Made by a program: the position numbers and the translations under genes
Shown here: positions 9,933-20,115 of the stretch, piece after piece
How positions within the stretch are numbered: the first letter of the stretch is position 1
Layout: the number at the start of each line of letters is the position of its first letter
The notes under the pieces: generated by a model
The model's input: the letters and a program-made list of their open reading frames with translations, nothing else
What the model was told of the DNA's origin: nothing
Databases searched by the model: none
Origin: an uncultured Bacteroidota bacterium
GTDB lineage: Bacteria; Bacteroidota; Rhodothermia; Rhodothermales; UBA10348
DNA length: 64,000 bases
Direction of reading: 5' to 3'
NCBI GenBank assembly: GCA_937876355.1
Contig: CALFHN010000144.1
Span: 55,506-119,505 of the forward strand

Positions 9933-11791
9933 TGAAGGAATCATTGTTCCGCCTTATTTGGATACTCCTTTTAGGGATGGTGTCAACCACTTCGCTGGTT
10001 GTCGCTCAGACTGCGAATGTTCAAGCATCTATTAGCTCCAATACTATTGGGACCGAAGAGTCTGTCACGTACACGATTTCGGTTTCGGGTTCCGACGGAT
10101 CAAATCTTGAAACACCTACCGCTCCCGAAAGTGATGGTTTAACTTTAATCCAGGCTCTTCCGAGCACCCAGAGAAGCGTTTCCATCGTAAATGGTCAGAT
10201 GTCGCAGAGCTTCAGCTTTTCGTGGATTTATCGACCAACTCGGGAAGGAAGTACGTCGATCGGTGTAGCTACGATTAAGGTTGGCAGTACAGAGTATCAT
10301 ACATCTTCCGCGTCCGTCACTGTCGTTCCGCAGAATCAACGCCAAACCCAACGCCGTCAAACGGATCCATTTAGTTCGCTGTTTGGAAACACGACCGACC
10401 CAAATCCAGAACCACCCCCGGCGCCCGACGAAAACGACATTTTCATTCGCGCCACCCCCTCCGCGCGTTCTGCCTATCAAGGTGAGCAGGTTATTATCGA
10501 GTACCAGCTATTTTTTCGAGAAGGTATCCAGCTGCGGCAAAGTCGGTTAACGGACAGTTGGGACGCAGAAGGTTTTTGGAGAGAAGAGCTCGATGTTGAG
10601 ACCCGACCTATTCCACGCATTGTGATTGAAAATGGCCTCCGATATAATACAATTGTATTAAAAAGAGCCGCCGTTTTCCCTACGAGGGCGGGCGAAATGA
10701 GCGTGGATCCGCTCAAAATTGAAAGCGAAGCTTTGCTGCCTTTTGGGTCCCGTGATCCGTTCCAATCCATGTTTTCGCTTCGAAATCGATTCTCACAGGT
10801 TCAACTAGCGTCTCCTCGAATTTCAATAGACGCGCGTCCGCTTCCAGCGGACGCGCCACCCAATTTTGACGGCGCGGTCGGCAAATACGCAATGACCGTT
10901 ACAGCCGATCGGACCAATCTGAATGTGGGTGAATCCATTCAACTGAGTATTACTATTTCTGGAAAAGGTAACCTGGCAACATTGAGCTCCCCTACTTTTG
11001 TAGTTCCTAACTCGTTTGACCTTTACGACCCAGAAATTTCGTCCGTCTTGGAGCGTAGTGGCAAAGAACTATCCGGCAGCAAAACATTCAGATATGTTCT
11101 CATTCCAAGATCAAATGGCTCATTTGAAATACCTCCAATTGAATTTGTTCATTTTGACCCCGGGACAAAAAGTTATCGATCCACAAAAACCGATTCCACG
11201 CCTATCACCGTGACCGGAACAGCAACAACTCCGGACGTGGTTGTTGCAACAACAAATGGAATGCCGGTCGACGATTTCGCCCCGTTGTTTACCTCCGCTT
11301 CCAACTGGAAGGAAGCCAGTCCAACGTCTCTCCACGATTCATATTGGGTGTATCTATTAGTACTTTTCCCATCCATATTGCTGCTTTCCGTGGTGGTCGT
11401 CAAACAAAGGCGGGATAAGTTTACTCAGGATATTTCATGGGCTCGCGGACGTCGCGCACATCCTTTAAGCAAAAAACACTTAAAACAAGCTACCGCTCTT
11501 TTGGCCGCTGGAAACGTGCCCGGTTATTTTGAGGAACTTGAGCGGGCAGTTCTTGGGTTTATTGGGAACAGATTGAACGTCGCAGAAAGAGGACTAACGA
11601 GGGAGAAGCTAGACAGCATGTTGGCTGCCAAAGGGGTAGAAATGGAGCTTCGAGATCGGCTTAGAACACTGTTGGACTCATGTGATATGGGACGATTTGC
11701 ACCATCGTCGGTAACTCCAGAAAACATGGAGTCAGCGCTAGATGATGCCTCGTCTCTCATTCCTGACGTTGACGAGCAAGTAGCCCCATGA
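9926..11791 (+). CDS. batD: BatD, an oxygen-tolerance protein.
   Basis: 621 aa with a signal peptide and one transmembrane helix near the C-terminus. It sits between batC and batE and overlaps both. Confidence 0.75.
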   Translation: MVMKESLFRLIWILLLGMVSTTSLVVAQTANVQASISSNTIGTEESVTYTISVSGSDGSNLETPTAPESDGLTLIQALPSTQRSVSIVNGQMSQSFSFSWIYRPTREGSTSIGVATIKVGSTEYHTSSASVTVVPQNQRQTQRRQTDPFSSLFGNTTDPNPEPPPAPDENDIFIRATPSARSAYQGEQVIIEYQLFFREGIQLRQSRLTDSWDAEGFWREELDVETRPIPRIVIENGLRYNTIVLKRAAVFPTRAGEMSVDPLKIESEALLPFGSRDPFQSMFSLRNRFSQVQLASPRISIDARPLPADAPPNFDGAVGKYAMTVTADRTNLNVGESIQLSITISGKGNLATLSSPTFVVPNSFDLYDPEISSVLERSGKELSGSKTFRYVLIPRSNGSFEIPPIEFVHFDPGTKSYRSTKTDSTPITVTGTATTPDVVVATTNGMPVDDFAPLFTSASNWKEASPTSLHDSYWVYLLVLFPSILLLSVVVVKQRRDKFTQDISWARGRRAHPLSKKHLKQATALLAAGNVPGYFEELERAVLGFIGNRLNVAERGLTREKLDSMLAAKGVEMELRDRLRTLLDSCDMGRFAPSSVTPENMESALDDASSLIPDVDEQVAP

Positions 11792-12600
11792 GTAAACGCC
11801 CCATCAACACGTACGCATCGTTCATCTTCGTTTTTTGCAGCATTATGGTAACCATGAGGCCTATTGCGCTAATCGCAGGGCAAGTGGAAGTTGAGCGCGT
11901 TCCCTTAAACACAGCTGTTCAAGCTTTTGATGAGGGTACGACAAGTCTACTTGACGGCAATTTTGGGGCAGCCATTGCAGCGTTTGAAAAAGCTGACCAA
12001 TCTGGTTGGGCCAGTGCCGAGTTGTACTATAATATGGGATTGGCTTACCACAGACTAAATAGGTTTGGGCTCGCCGTACAATACCTAGAAAAAGCGAAGC
12101 GGATTGCTCCCGACGACCCCAAAATTCTCCATTCATTGACCGTGGCAGCTCATCGTCAGGCCGATCGTTTTTCTCAACTACCGCGTCCCTTCTGGCAAAA
12201 AATGCACGTTTGGGTGGAAAATCAGCTACCAATTGGAGTTGCATTCTGGATCGGAATTGTTTTGTGGTTTGGACTTGTAGCACTAATAACCGGAAAGTTG
12301 CTGTCTCATTGGCATGGGGAGTGGTGGCGACGAGCCAGAATTCTTCTAGGAGTGTCTTCTTTTCTACTTATTTTTTATTCGCTAACCACATCAGCCTGGC
12401 CCCCAACCAACGAAAGGGCTGTCATCCTCTCGACTGAAGCTAGGATGCATGATATTGCTGATGAATCGTCCGACGAGGTTCTCCGCGTTCATGAGGGCTT
12501 GGTTGTATTGGTAAAAAACCGTTCAACCGATTGGGCACTTATAGAAGTAGCAAATGGATCCCGAGGATGGGTTGAAGCCAATTTACTAGGAACGATCTAG
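11788..12600 (+). CDS. batE: BatE-like protein with TPR repeats and a C-terminal SH3b domain.
   Basis: A TPR region, two transmembrane helices and an SH3-like C-terminus (GLVVLVKNRSTDWALIEVANGSRGWVEANLL). Confidence 0.65.
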   Translation: MSKRPINTYASFIFVFCSIMVTMRPIALIAGQVEVERVPLNTAVQAFDEGTTSLLDGNFGAAIAAFEKADQSGWASAELYYNMGLAYHRLNRFGLAVQYLEKAKRIAPDDPKILHSLTVAAHRQADRFSQLPRPFWQKMHVWVENQLPIGVAFWIGIVLWFGLVALITGKLLSHWHGEWWRRARILLGVSSFLLIFYSLTTSAWPPTNERAVILSTEARMHDIADESSDEVLRVHEGLVVLVKNRSTDWALIEVANGSRGWVEANLLGTI

Positions 12601-12705
12601 GCCTCTTTTTGCGCACACATAGTCACTCGAGTTTCCAGGCCTTATCTTTGGCACCCGGATTTGCGTTAATTGAGCCGACTTTCTTCCAAATAAGACAAGA
12701 ACCTA

Positions 12706-13314
12706 GTGGAACCTCACGTACTGAATAGATCACGTAAGACCGGCTGGATTGAAGTCGTATGCGGATCCATGTTTAGTGGAAAAACGGAGGAATTGATTCG
12801 GCGTATGAAACGCGCCCAGATTGCGCGTCAGCGCATTGAAATTTTCAAACCGGCTCTCGATACTCGGTTTAGTGAAAAAGATGTAGTTTCGCACGATGAG
12901 TCAGCGTTACAATCGACCCCGGTTACGGCCGCTTCTCAAATATTGTTGTTGGCCATGGACGCCCAAGTTGTGGGTATTGACGAAGCTCAGTTTTTTGACT
13001 CGGATCTCATCCATGTCTGTAACGAACTTGCAAAAGCCGGCAAGAGGGTTATTGTTTGCGGGTTAGATCAAGATTATCTCGGCCAACCGTTTGAACCCAT
13101 TCCGAGCATTATGGCGATAGCCGAATTCGTGACTAAACTGCACGCCATTTGTGTGGTGTGTGGCTCGCCCGCAAATCATTCTCAACGATTGATTCAGGGC
13201 CAGGGACGAGTACTAATCGGAGCTACAGAATCGTATGAACCGCGATGTCGCGAGTGCTTCGATTTGAAATTATCTTCTCAGGAAGTCGATATCGCTGCGA
13301 CTAAGAGCGACTAA
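12706..13314 (+). CDS. tdk: Thymidine kinase.
   Basis: P-loop GSMFSGKTEELIRR and zinc-ribbon cysteines (CVVCGSPA, CRECF). The match to Tdk family sequences is close. Confidence 0.9.
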   Translation: MEPHVLNRSRKTGWIEVVCGSMFSGKTEELIRRMKRAQIARQRIEIFKPALDTRFSEKDVVSHDESALQSTPVTAASQILLLAMDAQVVGIDEAQFFDSDLIHVCNELAKAGKRVIVCGLDQDYLGQPFEPIPSIMAIAEFVTKLHAICVVCGSPANHSQRLIQGQGRVLIGATESYEPRCRECFDLKLSSQEVDIAATKSD

Positions 13315-13421
13315 GAACGACTACATTTCTTGGGATCTGAGCACGGAAATGGTCAGAGAAATCCTCCCCTCATTCGAGCTGTGCCCGGAAATAGTCCTTA
13401 TAAATGCTTCCCTCTTATGTG

Positions 13422-14678
13422 TTATTCAGAGCGCATTCGGAGTCGAAAAAGCCCCTCGTCGATCAAAAACAGTACCGTACCCAGGGCCAAAAATGTTAGT
13501 ACCGCCGGTATGGGTTGCCAAATAACGAGTCCGCCAAGTGCCCCCAGTGCCCCACCTAAATACTTGATGTAGTTCAGTTGTTCGTTACTGGAGTTTTTAA
13601 TTAAGTCTTCCAGTTTCCCTTCATCGTACGCCATCATGTTACTCATGATCATCTCGTAGACGTCTAGATTTTCCACAAATCCCAAGACCACTTTTGTAGC
13701 AAGATTTTCGATGTCCTCGGCCCTTGCTTCGATTTTTTCTGGAATCTTGTCTAGAAGGGTGTCAATCTGATCTAGGATCACATCGAGTTGGGTTGGAATC
13801 TGGTGAATCGCTTTATCAATTCTAGATTTAAAGTCGTCTTCGTTTAGGTATCTGTACGCTTTGAGAGCCATTCCCCCAACTCCTTCTCCTACGTACGCCT
13901 CTATTTTCCCTACCACAAAATCAACAATCCGCAAACGAACCTCATCCGACGTCAAAACGGTCTCAACATAATCGGCGGTCAAAACTTTCAATTCCGTTCG
14001 GAATGATTCGTCCTCCAAAACACCGCGTGTAACCGACATGGCCAATTCGCGATACTTTGGGATGATCTCATTCTCCTCAATTTTTTGTTTGATAATCTCT
14101 TCGTTGATCAGCTCTTCACTTACGGCGGTTGCCAGCCGATATATGACTCGCTCTCGCTGAGCAGGAATGAGGCCTTGCCCAAATAGAGGTCGTTGCTTGC
14201 GCGGATTAAATAACATTGTTATGGCAACCCAATTGGTCAGGAAGCCAATCAGTCCACTTACTGAGACTATTCTGACCAGCCCATCCAAGACTAAGACGTT
14301 GCCAAAAAGAGTCATGGACATCCCTTCGAAATCCCAAAGAAACGAGCCGGCAAACACCACAATAAGAAACCACGGGATAATTCGAAGAAACGGCAACAAA
14401 GAGGCATGCCCTCCAGCCATTCGGATCGGCTCCCGGTCTGTTTTAGGGGATGCGGTGGACTCAGGAATGTGAGCCTTAATATATTTGGCAACCAAAGCCC
14501 TAAAATCTTCTGCCCGTGCACGAGTTACCCTTTTGGCTTCGACTACACTTACTCCAATACTACTTGGGCCTTCGGCCGAACGAGGTGCTTCGCTGGAGGT
14601 CGAGGTGCCGTCAGTATTCGGTGAATTGAGCCCGTGAGAACCGCTTTCGGAGGCTTGATCGTTATTTTCGGTCGCCAT
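13422..14678 (-). CDS. DUF445-family membrane protein.
   Basis: The GFLTNWVAITMLFNP motif with transmembrane helices at both ends of the protein. Confidence 0.6.
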   Translation of the reverse strand: MATENNDQASESGSHGLNSPNTDGTSTSSEAPRSAEGPSSIGVSVVEAKRVTRARAEDFRALVAKYIKAHIPESTASPKTDREPIRMAGGHASLLPFLRIIPWFLIVVFAGSFLWDFEGMSMTLFGNVLVLDGLVRIVSVSGLIGFLTNWVAITMLFNPRKQRPLFGQGLIPAQRERVIYRLATAVSEELINEEIIKQKIEENEIIPKYRELAMSVTRGVLEDESFRTELKVLTADYVETVLTSDEVRLRIVDFVVGKIEAYVGEGVGGMALKAYRYLNEDDFKSRIDKAIHQIPTQLDVILDQIDTLLDKIPEKIEARAEDIENLATKVVLGFVENLDVYEMIMSNMMAYDEGKLEDLIKNSSNEQLNYIKYLGGALGALGGLVIWQPIPAVLTFLALGTVLFLIDEGLFRLRMRSE

Positions 14679-14711
14679 CTAATAATTAGAATTTGAAGAA
14701 TCGTTACGATT

Positions 14712-15275
14712 CTATTCGGACGTAGTAAAGCCTAGCCGGGTTGCGTCAAACTGCATACCCGCAATCACGTTGGCGATATGTTGGTTTAGGTCTAATCCTA
14801 GGTCTTCTGCGCCATTTCGAATATCATCTCGGCTCACGGCTGCAGCAAATGCTTTGTCTTTTAATTTCTTGGTAACCGATTTAGGGGCCATCCCACCCAA
14901 CCCAGTTGGACGAACGTACGCAACTGCCATTATAAATCCAGCCAATTCATCAACAGCAAACAGGGTTTTTGCTAAGCGCGAGTTTCTGGGAGAATTTGTA
15001 TGATTAGCGTGACCAAGAATGGCTTCCAATATATCTTCTGAATAACCTTTTTCTCGGAGCACTTTAACACCCACAAACGGATGCTCTTCTAGCGTCTGAT
15101 GGCGCTCATAATCCATATCATGCAACAAACCCGTGATTCGCCACTTTTCTTCATCTTCTCCAAACTGTTTGGCATAAAACGCCATCGCAGATTCTACGGC
15201 ATACCCATGTTTACGTAGACTGACTGTCTTCGTCCATTCGTGAAATAAGTCTAGAGACTCTTGATATGATGCCAT
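14712..15275 (-). CDS. HD-domain phosphohydrolase.
   Basis: The H…HD…D signature (GLLHDMDYERH, GHANH). Confidence 0.7.
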   Translation of the reverse strand: MASYQESLDLFHEWTKTVSLRKHGYAVESAMAFYAKQFGEDEEKWRITGLLHDMDYERHQTLEEHPFVGVKVLREKGYSEDILEAILGHANHTNSPRNSRLAKTLFAVDELAGFIMAVAYVRPTGLGGMAPKSVTKKLKDKAFAAAVSRDDIRNGAEDLGLDLNQHIANVIAGMQFDATRLGFTTSE

Positions 15276-15290
15276 TGTCCGATTCCTTCG

Positions 15291-16223
15291 CTAAAATAAA
15301 TCCACTAACTTCATCTCTCCCAGGTACTTACCCGGACTGGCCTTAAAATCTGCCAACAAAGCATTGATGCCATCAAGCGTTGAATCCATCTTGTTATACA
15401 TCGATGGGTCATTCACTAACATGCCCAGCGTACCCTGCCCACTATTTACCTTGGCCAGGAGTTCATTCAGGCTTCTACTCGCTTCCCCCAGGCTTTCCAA
15501 TTCCACATCCAAAGTGGTTAAGGTGGCAGATAAATCTGTGATTAATTTTGAAACAGCTGGTCCATTTTCTGCCGTCAACGTCTTCAATGAACCAGTGGCG
15601 TCTTCAACGTTGAGAAGGATCGAAGATAACCGGGTTCTCTCTGACGTCAACAGGCTCTCTAACTGAGCCATACTGCCTTTGACAGAAGCGAGTGTCTTGC
15701 GAAAATCTGACTCCGGTTCAGAAAGCAAGGTCCCCGTTTCTGATACCACAATGTCCAATCCATTTAATACTTCAGAAAACTTTTCAATCATGTCCGGCGC
15801 ACGTGCCGTCAAATCGCCGAATAGGTCGTTCCCTTCACCTACTCCAATTCGTCCTCCCTCCGGGATCACTGCCGCATCGAGCGGGCCCAAATACAGATCC
15901 ATTCGTACGGCTCCCAATGCATCAATTCCGGACACAGAGGCATACGATCCTTCCGTAACAATAATTTTACGGTCAATGTGAAACGTTACGTCTACTTTTC
16001 CTGACTCTTGCGAGATATTGACGGTTTCTACGCTACCTACACTGACCCCATGGACCCTGACCAGATTGCCCGGAATAAGTCCGCCAGCATCTTTAAACTC
16101 GGCGGTGAGCTCATAGGTGGTTGCAAACAACGGTAAGTCTTGGAAATAGCGAACACCTAATATGAATATTACAGCAGCTGTAATAATCGTGAGTCCGACT
16201 TTAAGTTCGTTTGAAATATTCAC
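15291..16223 (-). CDS. mlaD: MlaD, an MCE-family substrate-binding protein.
   Basis: N-terminal transmembrane helix plus an MCE domain; last gene of the mlaEFD cluster. Confidence 0.8.
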   Translation of the reverse strand: MNISNELKVGLTIITAAVIFILGVRYFQDLPLFATTYELTAEFKDAGGLIPGNLVRVHGVSVGSVETVNISQESGKVDVTFHIDRKIIVTEGSYASVSGIDALGAVRMDLYLGPLDAAVIPEGGRIGVGEGNDLFGDLTARAPDMIEKFSEVLNGLDIVVSETGTLLSEPESDFRKTLASVKGSMAQLESLLTSERTRLSSILLNVEDATGSLKTLTAENGPAVSKLITDLSATLTTLDVELESLGEASRSLNELLAKVNSGQGTLGMLVNDPSMYNKMDSTLDGINALLADFKASPGKYLGEMKLVDLF

Positions 16224-16248
16224 GCCATTAATTGGATTGTTATGAGCT

Positions 16249-16989
16249 TCATTTGCCGATCAAATATTCGTTTGCTTTCACAAATCTTCTGAGGATTTGA
16301 TCGTCACTTTCGTGTAATTCTGCAATGGTACCAGCCCAATGCATCTTTCCTTCGTGGACAAAGGCGGCTTTATCAGCAATATTTAGGACCGAATGCATGT
16401 CATGTGTTACTACGATACTAGTCACATTGAGTTGGTCGCTAAGACTCTGAATAAGTTCATCAATCGTCGTAGAGGTTTCAGGATCCAACCCACTCGTAGG
16501 TTCATCGTATAAAATGTATCTCGGTTTCAAAGCCACTGCCCTAGCCAGCGCGACCCGCTTTTGCATACCGCCTGACAATTCCGAAGGCATTTTGGTCTGT
16601 ACTCCGGGTAGTTCGACCATCTCAAGGCACTCCATGACCACTCTATTAATTTCGGTCTCAGTCATCGAAGTAAATGTGCGAAGCGGAAACGCCACATTGT
16701 CGAAGGAACTCATCGAGTCGAATAATGCGCCGCCCTGAAACAATACACCGAAATTTTGCCTGATTCGCCTCAAATCCGCATATGAAATAGCATTTATGTC
16801 TACCCCATCTACCGTAACTCTGCCGGAATCAGGCTGAAGAAGGCCGATAATGTGCTTCATTAAGACGCTTTTTCCCGAGCCAGAGCGCCCAATTATGGCC
16901 AGCGTTTCACCTTCCAGTATTTCCAAATCGATCCCTTGAAGGACGACCTTATCACGAAAACTTTTATGTAGGTTTTGGACGCTTATCAT
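16249..16989 (-). CDS. mlaF: MlaF, an ABC transporter ATP-binding protein.
   Basis: Walker A (GRSGSGKS), signature motif (LSGGMQKRVALAR) and Walker B. Confidence 0.85.
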   Translation of the reverse strand: MISVQNLHKSFRDKVVLQGIDLEILEGETLAIIGRSGSGKSVLMKHIIGLLQPDSGRVTVDGVDINAISYADLRRIRQNFGVLFQGGALFDSMSSFDNVAFPLRTFTSMTETEINRVVMECLEMVELPGVQTKMPSELSGGMQKRVALARAVALKPRYILYDEPTSGLDPETSTTIDELIQSLSDQLNVTSIVVTHDMHSVLNIADKAAFVHEGKMHWAGTIAELHESDDQILRRFVKANEYLIGK

Positions 16990-16991
16990 AA

Positions 16992-17792
16992 TTATAGAAG
17001 TGTCGCCGCTAGGACTAGGTCAGCTAAAAGCAAAAACACGCAGCTTGCTACGGCTGCTTCCGTTGTGGCCTTACCAACTCCCTCTGCTCCGCCTCGCGTG
17101 TAATATCCTTTAAAACATGATACCGAGGTGATGATGAAACCAAAAACCAAACATTTGATCATTCCGAAAATGGGGTCAAATGGTTGGAAATATTCGCGGG
17201 CCCCGTCAACAAATTCTCCAATTGACACAAATCCTCCAATATGTCCAACTAGCATACCTCCTCCTATCCCAACAAAACAGGCCGCAATATATAAGACGGG
17301 AAACATGACGATCCCCGCAATAACTCGAGGTACGATTAGATACCCAATCGAATTCAAGCCCATAGCCTCTATCGCATCAATTTGTTCGGTAACACGCATC
17401 GTACCCAATTCAGCTGCGATTCGAGCCCCCACACGTCCAGCCAAAATAAATCCGGTCACTACGGCACCAAGCTCCAAGACCATGGAAGGCACTACGATGG
17501 ATCCGATTATGCTTTTTGGAATGAGAGGACTTACCAATTGATAGGAAGTCTGGACGGTTGTCACTGCTCCCGAAAATGCAGCTGCAAGCATAACAATGGG
17601 CATCGAATCGATGCCAACGTGGATCATCTGCTCCCAGAGATTTTTACGATACGTTCCAAATTCCGGGACTGCACCAAAAGCCCGAAACAGCAATTGACTA
17701 TAGCGACCAAACGAATGAATCGGGTCCAGAATTAATTTTTTAGCGTATAGAATCAAAACAGATGGATGAAATCCCGATGAGTGAGTTTTCAC
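16992..17792 (-). CDS. mlaE: MlaE, an ABC transporter permease.
   Basis: Polytopic permease of the MlaE family, located upstream of mlaF. Confidence 0.85.
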   Translation of the reverse strand: MKTHSSGFHPSVLILYAKKLILDPIHSFGRYSQLLFRAFGAVPEFGTYRKNLWEQMIHVGIDSMPIVMLAAAFSGAVTTVQTSYQLVSPLIPKSIIGSIVVPSMVLELGAVVTGFILAGRVGARIAAELGTMRVTEQIDAIEAMGLNSIGYLIVPRVIAGIVMFPVLYIAACFVGIGGGMLVGHIGGFVSIGEFVDGAREYFQPFDPIFGMIKCLVFGFIITSVSCFKGYYTRGGAEGVGKATTEAAVASCVFLLLADLVLAATLL

Positions 17793-17918
17793 AAAGTACG
17801 ACAGAATACGAACTTCGTGCTTTATCTCTCGAAAATGGTACGGTGTTCATATAACTTCCTTGGTGAGCAATATGATTTGTGTCACACGGTTGTCACTACC
17901 CTCCTCTATATTACTATC

Positions 17919-19277
17919 ATGTCGAAAGTAAAGAGCATATTTATCTGTCAAGAGTGCGGAAATGACTCCCCCCGATGGATGGGTCAGTGCCCTGCGTGCA
18001 ATGAGTGGAACACCATGGTGGAGGAGCGCCAACATTCTGTCAAACATTCCGCTCGCCCTGCCTCATCGTCCAACGGAATATCTTCTCGCGCAGTTACCCT
18101 TGATGAAGTCCGTTCTGGGTCGGAGACTCGTTTTGTAACAGGAAACGCTGAATTAGATAGAGTTCTGGGGGGTGGAATTGTTCAGGGGTCAGTGGTTTTG
18201 GTAGCTGGTGACCCAGGAATCGGAAAAAGTACCCTCATGACTGAATTGGGGGCTTTGGTTCCCGATGCGAAGGTGCTTTACGTGACTGGGGAAGAATCGC
18301 CTTCACAAGTAAAGATGCGGGCAGAAAGAATGGGGGTCCACTCCAAAAACTTTATGATGCTTGCTGAAACAGAAGTGGAGTCGATCATTCGCTGCGTCTT
18401 GGATGAAAAGCCTACTTTGATGATCGTAGATTCGATCCAGACTGTTTTCAGGTCGGACCTTCAAAGTGCTCCGGGCTCAGTAACCCAGGTTCGAGAAAGT
18501 GCATCCGCACTTATTCAACTTTCCAAATCAACAGGCACGTCTACTTTTATCGTAGGGCACGTCACTAAGTCCGGATCTATTGCCGGCCCGCGTGTCCTGG
18601 AACACATGGTAGACACGGTGTTGTATTTAGAAGGGGATAGGCATCATGTATTTCGCATTCTGCGGGCCGTAAAAAACCGATTCGGCTCCACCAATGAAAT
18701 TGGCGTTTTTGAGATGAGATCCGCTGGTCTGACCCCGGTCGAAAATCCCAGCGAATTGTTTATTGCAGACAGAAACGTGCTGTCTTCTGGATCCGTTGTG
18801 GTTTGTTCGATGGAGGGCTCTCGCCCCATGCTAGCTGAAATTCAAGCTCTAGTGACACCGACTTCATATGCCAATCCTCAGAGGACCGCTACGGGATTTG
18901 ATGCAAAACGACTACAAATGTTGTTGGCGGTTTTGGAAAAGCGGATCGGATTGGGGCTTTCAAATTGTGATGTATTCGTCAACGTGACGGGTGGCTTAAA
19001 GCTAACCGAACCCGCAGCCGACCTTGCCATTGCGGCGGCTGTTACTTCCTCTTTTAGAGATATTCCAGTGCCAAGTCAGGCCATGATATGTGGCGAAGTC
19101 GGGCTTGGAGGCGAAATTCGAGCTGTTTCTCAGTTGGATGCCCGTCTTGCCGAAACGTCTAGGCTCGGATTTAACCAAGCATTTGTTCCTTCTCGTGGGC
19201 ACCGAGAAGCCATCCCTGCAAAGCTGGAGTGTGTTGCCTTGGCGGATTTGACTGATATGATGGATCGGTTGTTCTAA
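17919..19277 (+). CDS. radA: DNA repair protein RadA.
   Basis: Zinc ribbon (CQECGNDSPRWMGQCPACNEWN), Walker A (GDPGIGKST), the KNRFG motif and a Lon-like C-terminus. The start was moved to MSKVKSIFIC. Confidence 0.9.
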   Translation: MSKVKSIFICQECGNDSPRWMGQCPACNEWNTMVEERQHSVKHSARPASSSNGISSRAVTLDEVRSGSETRFVTGNAELDRVLGGGIVQGSVVLVAGDPGIGKSTLMTELGALVPDAKVLYVTGEESPSQVKMRAERMGVHSKNFMMLAETEVESIIRCVLDEKPTLMIVDSIQTVFRSDLQSAPGSVTQVRESASALIQLSKSTGTSTFIVGHVTKSGSIAGPRVLEHMVDTVLYLEGDRHHVFRILRAVKNRFGSTNEIGVFEMRSAGLTPVENPSELFIADRNVLSSGSVVVCSMEGSRPMLAEIQALVTPTSYANPQRTATGFDAKRLQMLLAVLEKRIGLGLSNCDVFVNVTGGLKLTEPAADLAIAAAVTSSFRDIPVPSQAMICGEVGLGGEIRAVSQLDARLAETSRLGFNQAFVPSRGHREAIPAKLECVALADLTDMMDRLF

Positions 19278-19320
19278 TCCCAACCAGGCTCCTTGTAAGG
19301 CCCGTGAGTGTCGTCTGCGC

Positions 19321-19378
19321 CTCACCGTGCCATCATTGTCCTCACCGTGCCATCATTGTTCTCACCGTGCCATCATTA
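19321..19378. repeat. Tandem 20-bp repeat (CTCACCGTGCCATCATTGT[C/T]), about 2.9 copies.
   Basis: Read directly from the sequence. It spans the rpiA stop codon and last codons, in the convergent rpiA / radA spacer. Confidence 0.75.
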
Positions 19379-20040
19379 AGTCCTACCAAGACATCGGTAA
19401 CCATGCCTATAAACAGTCCATGATCCAATACGCCAGGCGTATTAAGTAGCACTCGATTGACGTGTTCGGGATCAGTAATTTCGTCGAACATAGCGTCGAT
19501 GATCCAGAGTCCTTGATCGCTGACTACGGGTCCATCTTTTTTCATGCCCATGCGAATTTCGGGGTCCCCTCCAAGCGCTTTCAACACGTTCATGACGGGC
19601 GTGGCTGCCATAGGCACAATTTCAATGGGCAGCGGCATACGCGTTCCGAGCCTGTCTACGAGCTTGCTTTCGTCAATCAAAATGACGAACCGTTTAGCCT
19701 GAGCGGCAACTATCTTCTCCCTAGTCTGAGCTGCACCGCGACCTTTAATTACTATAAAATCGGAGTTCACTTCATCTGCTCCATCAAACGCCAAATCGAG
19801 GACAGGGGTTTGATCCAATGTTGTTAGTGGAATGCCCCATTTGAGCGCCAAACGTTCAGAAGCAAAAGAGGTAGGAACGCCGCAAACCTCCAAACCTTCG
19901 TTTCGAATGCGATTCCCAAGTGCTTCAATTGCAAGTGCAGCTGTAGAACCCGTTCCAAGCCCCAACTTCATTCCCGATGAAACCATCGACGCGACTTGTT
20001 CACCAACGGCTTGTTTTGCTGCTTTTTGTAGATCAGGCAT
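19342..20040 (-). CDS. rpiA: Ribose-5-phosphate isomerase A.
   Basis: RpiA motifs (GLGTGSTA, DGADE, KGRGAAQTREK). The start was set at MPDLQ. Confidence 0.9.
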   Translation of the reverse strand: MPDLQKAAKQAVGEQVASMVSSGMKLGLGTGSTAALAIEALGNRIRNEGLEVCGVPTSFASERLALKWGIPLTTLDQTPVLDLAFDGADEVNSDFIVIKGRGAAQTREKIVAAQAKRFVILIDESKLVDRLGTRMPLPIEIVPMAATPVMNVLKALGGDPEIRMGMKKDGPVVSDQGLWIIDAMFDEITDPEHVNRVLLNTPGVLDHGLFIGMVTDVLVGLNDGTVRTMMAR

Positions 20041-20115
20041 AGTCAGGGTCAAATTTGTGATAGACCTCCCCAAACTACGGCAGAAACGTGAAACGTTTGA
20101 CTCCTACTAATAGAT

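Noticed and set aside
13330-13572. 80-aa plus-strand ORF downstream of tdk
   Set aside because: It largely overlaps the C-terminus of the minus-strand DUF445 gene and has P/S/R-rich non-protein-like composition.
17781-17918. 46-aa N-terminal extension of radA
   Set aside because: RadA proteins begin at the zinc-ribbon region. The internal ATG at 17919 (MSKVKSIFICQECG) fits the family N-terminus, and the extension would overlap mlaE.
19321-19378. Tandem repeats as a CRISPR array, here and at 39375–39419 and 53129–53196
   Set aside because: Only two or three copies are present, with no intervening unique spacers of regular length, and the units are direct tandem copies. There are no cas genes in the window.
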